From positions 1 to 30,493 of IMG/VR virus record IMGVR_UViG_3300032261_000326: a stretch of DNA of 30,493 bases; one strand, 5' to 3'. A program made the translations under genes and the position numbers. The notes under the pieces were generated by a model. It did no database searches. It was not told the DNA's origin and worked only from the letters and a program-made list of their open reading frames with translations. Positions 1 to 12,101 of the stretch are shown here, piece after piece; position 1 is the stretch's first letter; every line of letters starts with the position of its first letter. The stretch is from a virus. Lineage: Duplodnaviria > Caudoviricetes.

Positions 1-2
1 TG

Positions 3-431
3 CACGTGCCGTATCGCGGCGCGGGTCCCGCGCTTGTCGATCTGCTCGGCGGACAGGTGCAGGTCATGTTCGCCAGCATATCCTCATCGATCGAGTACGT
101 GAGGGCTGGCAAACTTCGTGCGCTGGCGGTGACAACCTCGACGCACTCGCCAGTGCTGCCGGACACCCCGACGGTGGCCGAATTCGTGCCCGGCTATGAG
201 GCGAGCTTCTGGACCGGCATCGGCGCGCCGCGCAATACGCCCATAGAAATCGTCGACAAACTCAACCAAGAGACCAATGCCGCCCTCGCCGATTCCCAGA
301 TAAAGGCGCGGCTTGCCGGGTTTGCCGCCACCGCACTTCCAGGCTCTCCCGCCGACTTCGGCAAGCTCATCGCCGAGGAAACCGAGAAGTGGGGCAAGGT
401 GGTGAAGTTCGCGGGCATCAAGGCGGAGTGA
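3..431 (+). CDS. Bug/TctC family tripartite tricarboxylate transporter substrate-binding protein (5' truncated by window edge)
   Basis: HVPYRGAGPALVDLLGGQVQVMF, GKLRALAVT, P.VPTVAE..PGYE...W.G..AP..TP and the C-terminal E..KW.KVVK.AGIK are hallmark Bug-family motifs. Confidence 0.93.
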   Translation, partial: HVPYRGAGPALVDLLGGQVQVMFASISSSIEYVRAGKLRALAVTTSTHSPVLPDTPTVAEFVPGYEASFWTGIGAPRNTPIEIVDKLNQETNAALADSQIKARLAGFAATALPGSPADFGKLIAEETEKWGKVVKFAGIKAE

Positions 432-459
432 TCTAGGCCAATATTCCGTAACGCATCCC

Positions 460-912
460 ATGCACGAGCCGGTCACCTATCGCCGCATCCATGGAAGTTG
501 TCATTGTGGAAATATTCGAGTCACGCTCGATTGGCCCGATCCCGGATCGGCTATCCCGGTCCGCGCTTGTGGCTGCGGACTATGTACAAAGCACAGGGCG
601 GCCTGGACCTCGCATCCAGATGGCCGCTTTTATCTGCGGGTCACCGACCACTCGCGAGTGACAAGATATCGGTTCGGAACGAAGACCGCAGATTTTCATG
701 TTTGCGTGACGTGCGGCGTGATTCCGATCGTAACATGCGTGATCGAAGGCATTCGATATGCCGTGTTCAACGTAAACACGTTCGAGGACGTAGATCGGTC
801 GCAGCTCGTCGAGACGGCCACGAATTTTGAGGGCGAGACAACGGAAGGCCGACTAGCGCGACGGCGGCGCAACTGGACGCCAGAGGCAATCGCCAGTGAG
901 GGTGAAGACTGA
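460..912 (+). CDS. GFA/CENP-V family Zn-binding protein (glutathione-dependent formaldehyde-activating-like)
   Basis: GSCHCGNI, ACGCGLCTK and FHVCVTCG Cys pattern typical of the GFA family. Confidence 0.88.
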   Translation: MHEPVTYRRIHGSCHCGNIRVTLDWPDPGSAIPVRACGCGLCTKHRAAWTSHPDGRFYLRVTDHSRVTRYRFGTKTADFHVCVTCGVIPIVTCVIEGIRYAVFNVNTFEDVDRSQLVETATNFEGETTEGRLARRRRNWTPEAIASEGED

Positions 913-1104
913 GCGGCGAGCCCTGACTGCAACATCCGCCTTCGGCCTACTCGATGGCAACGGAGTGCGAGCGCGCTGAGCCGGAATTTTGCTGTCGAAG
1001 GGAGCCATGCGTGCGCACCTTGGATAGGCCTAGCGAGGGGCAGGCCCAGCACCTCGATTCAGAACGAATCAAGACATGCCTGATTTTTCAAGCTTTTCGG
1101 CGCG

Positions 1105-1170
1105 TTTTACACTCGTCCGACTGCAAGAATTTGTAAAACCCTGCATAGAGCGTTTTGTAAAATTTGGAAA
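1105..1170. repeat. Cluster of TTTGTAAAA-type repeats; candidate integrase arm-type sites at the prophage boundary
   Basis: TTTGTAAAA at 1130-1138 and 1154-1162, inverted TTTTACA at 1105-1111, degenerate TTTGGAAA at 1163-1170, in AT-rich DNA between host and phage genes. Function is inferred. Confidence 0.35.
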
Positions 1171-1277
1171 CGCTCCTTCGTCTCGATACTGGTCGGTAGC
1201 CTGTTGAACCTGCGCCCGGCTGCGACTAAGAAAGCAAGCGATAGCCACTGACCCTCTCGGCTATCGTCGTTCCTTAA

Positions 1278-1304
1278 GGGCGGCTCCTGCCGCCCCTTCT
1301 TTTT
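1278..1304 (+). terminator. Rho-independent terminator candidate
   Basis: GGGCGGC-TCCT-GCCGCCC stem-loop followed by CTTCTTTTT. Confidence 0.55.
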
Positions 1305-1524
1305 GCCCCCGCAACGCCCCACTATGGCCGTCTAGTTAAACCGATTTTCATCTAGAATTTTTTTTTGCCCAGGCGGAACCGCCAAGCCGTGTGTCAGTTT
1401 CGTGACGTAGGGGCGACGTCCTTTCAGGTTTTCCTCAAAGAGAGCAGTGCGTGGGTTCGCGAGAGCGCTGGCATGTCCTGCGTCATCTCGCCTCTGCGAG
1501 GAAGTTACAGGGAGCGTCAGAACA

Positions 1525-2304
1525 ATGGCAAAGCGCGAGACCGAGCCGATCGACCCAAACGACGGACAGCGTGTCGTTGAGCTTCGTAAATATATGGGCA
1601 TGACGCAGCTGCAGCTCGCGAAAGCCCTCGGTCTGAGTGTGGGGGCGATTCAGCACATGGAAAATGGTCGCGCTCGCATAACGAGTCAGCGCTTTCGTCA
1701 GCTCGCGAAGGTGCTGCGCGTCGAGACTGCCGATCTGGCTAAACCGCCAGGGTCGCCCTTGCCGCGCTTCTTGTGCGAAGAGCCGCACGATTCCACCGAG
1801 GAGAAAAATCGCAGGCCCCCCATACTCGGCATCGACGATTTGTCGAATTTAGGTTTCTACGCGTGGGACCCGTTGACCGACCAAGTGACTCGCGACCCCT
1901 CTCTCAAGTCGCTGATTGGCTTGCCGACAGACGCACCCCCTGACTTGATCCAATGGCGCAACATCGTGCATCCCGAGTATCTGCCGCGGGTTGATGCGAT
2001 CCTTGCCAAAAGCCGCGAGCCGGGCAGTGATGGCAGCTTCTATGTCGAGTACCCTGTCGTCGGTCGCGACGGCGCCGAGCGCTGGGTCGCTGAGTGCGGT
2101 CGCATGATATTCGATGCTAGGCGCCGTTTCGTGTACTGCATCGGCGCGGTGTTTCCGCTCCAGCAATGGACGGTAAAACGAGTCGCGTCTCGCGTGTTGC
2201 TCGCCTTTGCGTGCCTTTGGTGCGGCATTGAGACGGCTTCGGATTTCCTCCAAGCTCCAATTGCAGACAACGTGATCATCATGCTGTCTGAATCTCGTCG
2301 ATGA
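1525..2304 (+). CDS. XRE/Cro-C1 HTH transcriptional regulator fused to a PAS (PAS_3-like) domain
   Basis: N-terminal GQRVVELRKYMGMTQLQLAKALGLSVGAIQHMENG is an HTH_3 pattern. C-terminal GFYAWD...WRNIVHPEYLPRV...FYVEYPVVGRDGAERWV..G is a PAS_3 pattern. ATG at 1525 follows GGGAG. Confidence 0.8.
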   Translation: MAKRETEPIDPNDGQRVVELRKYMGMTQLQLAKALGLSVGAIQHMENGRARITSQRFRQLAKVLRVETADLAKPPGSPLPRFLCEEPHDSTEEKNRRPPILGIDDLSNLGFYAWDPLTDQVTRDPSLKSLIGLPTDAPPDLIQWRNIVHPEYLPRVDAILAKSREPGSDGSFYVEYPVVGRDGAERWVAECGRMIFDARRRFVYCIGAVFPLQQWTVKRVASRVLLAFACLWCGIETASDFLQAPIADNVIIMLSESRR

Positions 2305-2491
2305 GCCTGCTCGCATCGAAACCGATAGCGTTGGCAAGAGTGATAAACTCGATCACCTCGAGACGTCGCTTGCCGTTTTCCGTGCGCTGGACCCATGTCT
2401 GCGAGCGCTTAAGTCGCTTCGCCAGATCGACTTGTCGAATACCCGCCTTTTTGCGCTCTTCAATCAATCTAGCAATCAATCTGGCGCGCAA
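2279..2491 (-). CDS. Small XRE-family HTH regulator (natural start possibly lost)
   Basis: LIEERKKAGIRQVDLAKRLKRSQTWVQRTENGKRRLEVIEFITLANAIG; the frame stays open and family-like upstream to about 2527. Confidence 0.8.
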   Translation of the reverse strand: MRARLIARLIEERKKAGIRQVDLAKRLKRSQTWVQRTENGKRRLEVIEFITLANAIGFDASRLIDEIQTA

Positions 2492-2602
2492 CTGCCTGTG
2501 CTGTTTGGTGAGAATGGTTCTCGCCCCCGCTTTCGCATATGAGGTAATTGGGTACTAGGCGAGATTTGCATAAGTGAGTCAAGCTGCTTGAGGACGGAGC
2601 AA

Positions 2603-3016
2603 ATGGAAAAATGGCGCGAGGATTGGGTTGCCAGGGTAGCCGAATTCGGTCGGCACATCGGATGCAAGGTGGCGCTGCAGATTATTCCGGCAAGCGCTGG
2701 GGACGCGATGTTCGCGGCCGGCGATCGCGCCGACATGCAGGCGCGTGATGGCCATCGGCGAGTGGCAAAAAAACACCGAGACGGCCGTAAAGAGCGGCAC
2801 CTATCCGGGCTGCGGCGGTTGCGGTGTTACGCTTTATCGCGGCGATGTTTGTGGCTTTATCATCGTCGCCGCCGTCGCGGACCCGGCCCCGGCACCAACG
2901 CGATCGTGAGTCCGTTCTGCGAGCGCTGCCTCAAAAAGGATGAGGCGGAACTAATGGCCGGTTTTCGCGAAACCCTGCGCGAGACCCTCGGGGCCGATCT
3001 CGTCCGCGAGCACTGA
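2603..3016 (+). pseudogene. Hypothetical zinc-ribbon-like protein with two apparent compensating frameshifts
   Basis: GGAG RBS and ATG at 2603. The middle is protein-like only in the +1 frame (2745-2909, contains CGGC), while CERC lies in the original frame. Confidence 0.45.
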
Positions 3017-3046
3017 TGCGCTGCGCTGGACGCGCATGAGGGCGTA

Positions 3047-3694
3047 ATGGCTGCAGCCGATAATTTGACCTCGCTTCACGGCCGCGAAGAACAGCTGAGG
3101 GAGAGAAGCCTAGCTGTCATCAATGCCGATGCCGCTCTTTCCGACCACTGGAATTTGGTGGCCGAGGCGATGAACGCGATCTGGGACTTCGCGCACGACC
3201 ACGCACACAGAAGCGAGGACGAGCTGACGCTGCAGCTTCTCGGCATCCGGCTCTTCAATGCGGCCGGAACGTCGATCAAGCTCGCGTTGGCGGGCTACTA
3301 CCAGGGAGCATTCGGCCATGTGCGGGACGTGATTGAGACGTCCTTCCTGGTGGACTACCTCTCGACGCACCCGAAGGAGATCGACGAATGGCGGCGTGCG
3401 GATAGGAAGAAGCGGATGACACATTTCGGTCCCGGCCGCATCCGCACTGCGCTCGACAATCGGGACGGCTACACGAGCGGCGAGCGAAAGAGGGTTTACG
3501 ACTTGATCTCGGAATACGCGACCCACGCTTCGTATTCGAGCATGGGGCTGACGACGACCGGATCCGCCAACATGGCGAACGTCGGACCGTTCTTCGACGA
3601 GCAGAAGCTCAGGGCGTGGCTGGGAGAGATGGCGCTGCGCCTGAGCCTCGGGGCCTTGGTGCTCTTGCCATCTCCCGACCCGAGCGACATGTAG
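3047..3694 (+). CDS. Hypothetical all-helical protein, DUF5677/HEPN-like accessory (moron) gene; probably extends through TAG to 3805
   Basis: 215-aa ORF with RD..E...L..YL and RVYDLISEYATH motifs reminiscent of DUF5677/HEPN-like proteins; oriented opposite to the tail operon. Confidence 0.55.
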   Translation: MAAADNLTSLHGREEQLRERSLAVINADAALSDHWNLVAEAMNAIWDFAHDHAHRSEDELTLQLLGIRLFNAAGTSIKLALAGYYQGAFGHVRDVIETSFLVDYLSTHPKEIDEWRRADRKKRMTHFGPGRIRTALDNRDGYTSGERKRVYDLISEYATHASYSSMGLTTTGSANMANVGPFFDEQKLRAWLGEMALRLSLGALVLLPSPDPSDM

Positions 3695-3822
3695 CTCCTG
3701 ATGACCACGACGCACTACCTAGAAATTGACGATAGATGGTGGTCGAAGTACCGAGGGACGAAGCCCGCGATCGCGCGATCAACAGTGATGCGGGACAAAG
3801 AGTGATCGGGACGAAGAGCGTG

Positions 3823-3850
3823 AAAAAAAGCCCGGCGCGAGGCCGGGGCC
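3823..3850 (-). terminator. Rho-independent terminator ending the tail/lysis operon
   Basis: On the minus strand: CCCGGC-CTCGC-GCCGGG-C followed by T7, about 20 nt after the last gene of the operon. Confidence 0.8.
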
Positions 3851-3872
3851 AAGGTCGCCGGGAGGGTGAATT

Positions 3873-4151
3873 TCAGGCGGTCTCGGGCGGCGGCGAAGCC
3901 GAATCGATGCCCTGACCTAGCGCCAGCTTGAGATCGTTTATTGCTTCGGTGAGATCGTCCAAGGCACCCACCGTTTCTTGATCGTCCGCTTCCAGAACTG
4001 CTGCTCGCAAGCGCTCCATCTGGTCGGTGATGTCGTTGAGCGCGTTGCGGGTTAGCTGATCCACCATGCTGGCGACTGAGCGTTCTCCTGCGCCAGCGCG
4101 ATAGTCGCGAGCACAAGCGTAGAACGCGCGGCGTTCGCGGTCGCGCATCAT
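3873..4151 (-). CDS. Hypothetical acidic helical protein (92 aa)
   Basis: ATGA overlap with the endolysin stop; amphipathic helical sequence with no transmembrane segment. Confidence 0.6.
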   Translation of the reverse strand: MMRDRERRAFYACARDYRAGAGERSVASMVDQLTRNALNDITDQMERLRAAVLEADDQETVGALDDLTEAINDLKLALGQGIDSASPPPETA

Positions 4152-5650
4152 GCACCCGTCTCGGCTTCCTCGATGTAGTCCTGCACCGCACGAAACATCG
4201 CCTCGGCTTCGTCGCGAAGCTCGACCTCTTTGCGATTGATGGGTCCGTAGTGCTGGCGCAGGTTGCGCAGCGTGACGCCGCAAGTCTCGACGGCGAAGGC
4301 TGGGCATTCCTTGCACAGCCTTTGAAATTCGTAGCCGTCGCCGGAGCCGTAGTTCTCCCAATCGTCATCCGAGCACTCAACGTCCTCGGCAAACGCATTG
4401 TAGTAGCAGGTCGGTTCGTTCACCGGGTCGCTGTATTCGTCGAATAGCTGATCGAAGGTCGGATCGCAGTCGTGCGCGTCATAGCTGGTCTGGAACAGGC
4501 CGGCCTCTGCGGTGTCGCTCTGCACGTTGTCTGCGCTCATGTCGCGGCCTTCACAGTGTTGGCCCGAGCTTTCACGCATGCCGAGACCCATCAACAGCAC
4601 GTAGAGATGCCGCAACGTGTCCGGCCCCGAGGTCTCGTTCGACATGCCGAGCGCGCGGAATTCATCGTTGAACCAAGCGAGCGCGTCTTTGTCCTCGTTG
4701 TGCGTGTTGGCCTTCGCCATCTCGATCGCTGCCGCGTGGTTTGCCTTGAGCTTGCGGTAGGTCTGCGCGAAGGCGAGCGCCATGCCTTGCGTGTAGCCGA
4801 TTGGCGCTTGGCCGCGATCGCGCCATTCGTAATCGGCGATCCGCGAATTGCGCGCGAGCCCCATGATGACCTGCTGGTCAGCGTAGGAGAGCGCGCCGGG
4901 TGGCGGTGGCGGCGGTGGCAGCGGCGGCTTGTGCTCGTAGAGCGCTGTCCAAGTCTCTTGGCCGACGATGCCGTCAACTTCGAGCCCTCGGCTGCGCTGA
5001 TAGTCGAGCACGGCGTCCTCGGTAATCGGACCGAAGTCGCCATCGATCTCGCCCTCGAACCTGGGCAAAAGCTTTTGCAGGTCCTCGACATCCTTGCCGC
5101 TCTCGCCCTGCTCCAAGAGCGGGCGATCCTCGACCGGGATCGGCTTGGGTTTCGGTGGCAGTCCCGCCCAGCGCGGCCAGATCAGCGCGACGGTGCCGTC
5201 GATCGGGAAGCTTTTCTCGTTGACGGCGTCGGACTGATTGCCGCCGCGCAGGATGTAGTTGTCGCCTTCTTGCCGCTCGAACAGCGCGACGTGGCCACCG
5301 CCTTCGCGCTCGCGCACGACGACGCAGCCGAGCACCGGCTCGTCAAGCTCGATGCCGAACTCGTGCCAGGTCGACCATGCCAGCGCCCACAGAAATTTGT
5401 CGGTGTCGGTCGGACCGAATACCGGGCGAATGCCGGCCATTGTCATGCAGAAAGCGACGGTGAGCCCGCACCACGCGATCTCGTCGTGCGTGTACTGCGC
5501 ACAATAGTCAGCCATCTCTAGGTAGGCCTGCGCGATGATGTCGGCCATCGCCAGGATTTTCGGATTGTCTTCGTCGCCCGGCGCTTCCTCTGTGCCGGTG
5601 ATTGCGCGCATCACTTGCAGCCAACGCGGAGCGCGATCGCTTGATGCCAT
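4148..5650 (-). CDS. Modular endolysin: TIGR02594 (NlpC/P60-like) domain + PG_binding_1 + lysozyme-like domain
   Basis: DEIAWCGLTVAFC...GGGHVALF...LRGGNQSDAV (Cys/His peptidase); DVEDLQKLL...DGDFGPITEDAVLDYQRSRGLEVDGIVGQETWTAL (PG binding); LGMRESSG...GLFQ (lysozyme/SLT-like). GGAGG RBS precedes ATG 5650. Confidence 0.85.
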   Translation of the reverse strand: MASSDRAPRWLQVMRAITGTEEAPGDEDNPKILAMADIIAQAYLEMADYCAQYTHDEIAWCGLTVAFCMTMAGIRPVFGPTDTDKFLWALAWSTWHEFGIELDEPVLGCVVVREREGGGHVALFERQEGDNYILRGGNQSDAVNEKSFPIDGTVALIWPRWAGLPPKPKPIPVEDRPLLEQGESGKDVEDLQKLLPRFEGEIDGDFGPITEDAVLDYQRSRGLEVDGIVGQETWTALYEHKPPLPPPPPPPGALSYADQQVIMGLARNSRIADYEWRDRGQAPIGYTQGMALAFAQTYRKLKANHAAAIEMAKANTHNEDKDALAWFNDEFRALGMSNETSGPDTLRHLYVLLMGLGMRESSGQHCEGRDMSADNVQSDTAEAGLFQTSYDAHDCDPTFDQLFDEYSDPVNEPTCYYNAFAEDVECSDDDWENYGSGDGYEFQRLCKECPAFAVETCGVTLRNLRQHYGPINRKEVELRDEAEAMFRAVQDYIEEAETGA

Positions 5651-5746
5651 GTTGTATCCTCCACGCTCGGAGATTGTTCTCGCGGACGATGTTCGAGATG
5701 TCGCCGACGATGCGGCGCGTCTGCTTGCCAAATTGGCAGGGCAATT

Positions 5747-6811
5747 TCAGTGAGTGCGGGCGTACCAGCCGTCGCCCCATAGGTCCAGCAGGCGACGAAA
5801 GTATTGGTCATAGCGCGGCGCGATCGCCTCGAGCGAGAAGTTGTCGAGCGCGTATTTGCGAATGCGCCAGGGATCGAGCTTCTTAACGTCCTCGACGGCG
5901 TCGAGAAACTCCTGGAACGTGCGACAGCGAAAGCCGGTCTCGCCCTGTTTCACCGTCTCGGTAAAGACTCCCCAATCGGTGCAGATTATCGGCGTGCCGC
6001 ATGCCATCGCCTCGACGTGGACGTTGGCGAAAGGTTCGACATAGATCGTCGGGCACCAGAACGCGCTTGCATTCGCCATCAGCTCGCCGCGGAGCTCGGG
6101 CCCGACGACGCCGAGATATTCACCATACGGCGGCGGCGCGCCCTGGCCGCAGATTTTCAGCGGCTTGTGCGCAGCTCGGCAGACTTCGGCGGCGACCTGA
6201 TAACCCTTGCGCTCGACCAGCCGGCCCATGAACAGGTGATAGCCGTCTTTCTGCGGTTGGAACGGAAACCGCTCGCGCTCCAGGTAGCCGGGGATCACGA
6301 CGTCATACCATGCGCCGTCGCACGCGAATGCGTTGCCGGTCTGTGCGCCGTATATCACATGCATCCAGGCATAAGATTCAAACACCCGATATTTTGAGAA
6401 TGTGCCGGCATAGCCAATGCCGAATTCCACCGTCATATTGTTGGGAAATGCCTCGGCGATCGGCTGGTTCGAGATGCCGCCGATGATGCAGATGAAATCG
6501 CGCGGCCGGATGCGCTTGCGCATGGCCTCGATCACCCGCGCATTGAAATTCTGCCAGTGCGGCAGGCGACCGTCGAAAGGCGCGTGGCAGTAATGATCGT
6601 TGCCGACCGCAGCCGCGCGCTCGTCCTCGGAGATGCAGCTCAGGTGCTCGTCGCACGGGGCCTCGTTCTCGTCGCCGGCGTAGAGGTAAACCTCGTGCCC
6701 GATCGAGCACATCATGCGGCAAAACTTGCGCACCTTTTCGGTGTAGGCGCATGCGCCATAGGCGACCGTCGTTTGCGTGTGCGGCAGCGAGACGACATGG
6801 AAACGCATCAT
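5747..6811 (-). CDS. Glycosyltransferase, GT-B fold, family 4-like
   Basis: LFMGRLVERKG and EPFANVHVEAMACGTPII (E-x7-E), ETVKQGETGF. Confidence 0.92.
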   Translation of the reverse strand: MMRFHVVSLPHTQTTVAYGACAYTEKVRKFCRMMCSIGHEVYLYAGDENEAPCDEHLSCISEDERAAAVGNDHYCHAPFDGRLPHWQNFNARVIEAMRKRIRPRDFICIIGGISNQPIAEAFPNNMTVEFGIGYAGTFSKYRVFESYAWMHVIYGAQTGNAFACDGAWYDVVIPGYLERERFPFQPQKDGYHLFMGRLVERKGYQVAAEVCRAAHKPLKICGQGAPPPYGEYLGVVGPELRGELMANASAFWCPTIYVEPFANVHVEAMACGTPIICTDWGVFTETVKQGETGFRCRTFQEFLDAVEDVKKLDPWRIRKYALDNFSLEAIAPRYDQYFRRLLDLWGDGWYARTH

Positions 6812-7449
6812 TTCCTAAACGCTTCCTTGCGCCGGCGATCGATCAGCCGCCATCGCTCCTCGCTCGTCATCGCCGGCAGGAACACTAGCCCGCTGCGGCC
6901 CCAATGCGTCCACGACGACAGCGCGCGCGCGACTTTGGTAAGTTCCCAATCGAGGCGGTGGCCCCAGCGCGCCATGTGCGTAATCCAGTATTCGGTCGGC
7001 TGACAATTGACGTGATGCCAACCGCCTTGACTGGGAAAAGCATGCGTCATCAGCACCGCCTTGTCGGCGCTCGAAAACAGCGGCAGGAAATTATCAATAT
7101 ATTTTTCTTCGACGTGCTCGACGAATTCGCACGACCAAATGAGATCGACTTGCGCAAACGTCAAAGGCCCAAGATTGAAATCATGCGGCAGGATTCCGAT
7201 GACACTTTCCCTTTGCGCTGTCGGCGAACCGTCCACACCATGCGCCTGCAAAATCCCGCGCTCGCGAAAATATTTAACGGTGTGCCCTTCGCCGCAACCG
7301 ACATCGACGACCGTCTGCGGCTTGAATGTCTCGATCGCCCAATCCCAAACTTCCGGGCACCATGTCCATGGATCGCCGTGCGGATATTCCGGCGTGCTGC
7401 GCACATAACCACCGAGATGGCCCTCGTTCACGAATTGAACCTCGCTCAT
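6808..7449 (-). CDS. Class I SAM-dependent methyltransferase
   Basis: VVDVGCGEG motif I, DLIWSCEFVEHV, GGWHHVNCQPTEYWI; ATGA overlap with the glycosyltransferase. Confidence 0.9.
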   Translation of the reverse strand: MSEVQFVNEGHLGGYVRSTPEYPHGDPWTWCPEVWDWAIETFKPQTVVDVGCGEGHTVKYFRERGILQAHGVDGSPTAQRESVIGILPHDFNLGPLTFAQVDLIWSCEFVEHVEEKYIDNFLPLFSSADKAVLMTHAFPSQGGWHHVNCQPTEYWITHMARWGHRLDWELTKVARALSSWTHWGRSGLVFLPAMTSEERWRLIDRRRKEAFRK

Positions 7450-7452
7450 GTT

Positions 7453-7644
7453 CTACCCTGGAAGTTTGGGAAGTGCCGGCGGTGGTGGCGTAAATTGAAC
7501 GCCGTCGTCCGTCGTCCAACCTATTCCGGCACTATCATGTTTCACGAGCGTCGTGCCTTCCGGCGGTTCATGCGGCGTGACTCCATCCCATTCGATCACA
7601 TTGATGACCGTGCCGGTCGTGTCAACGACAAGATATTGCGCCAT
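7453..7644 (-). CDS. Small phage tail-fibre-associated (assembly/chaperone-like) protein, 63 aa
   Basis: MAQYLVVDTTGTVINVIEWDG...AGIGWT.DG..FTPP, a pattern common in small genes directly after fibre genes. Confidence 0.7.
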   Translation of the reverse strand: MAQYLVVDTTGTVINVIEWDGVTPHEPPEGTTLVKHDSAGIGWTTDDGVQFTPPPPALPKLPG

Positions 7645-7655
7645 CGCAATCGCTT

Positions 7656-12097
<4,442 letters not shown>

Positions 12098-12101
<4 letters not shown>

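Noticed and set aside
1000-1100. tRNA 3'-end att core
   Set aside because: No T-loop GTTCGA plus CCA pattern on either strand.
1336-1366. CtrA-like TTAA-N7-TTCA box and T9 tract upstream of the XRE-PAS gene
   Set aside because: One mismatch in a short motif within AT-rich DNA is expected by chance; there is no supporting evidence.
3873-4151. Holin or spanin call for the gene after the endolysin
   Set aside because: No transmembrane helix or lipobox.
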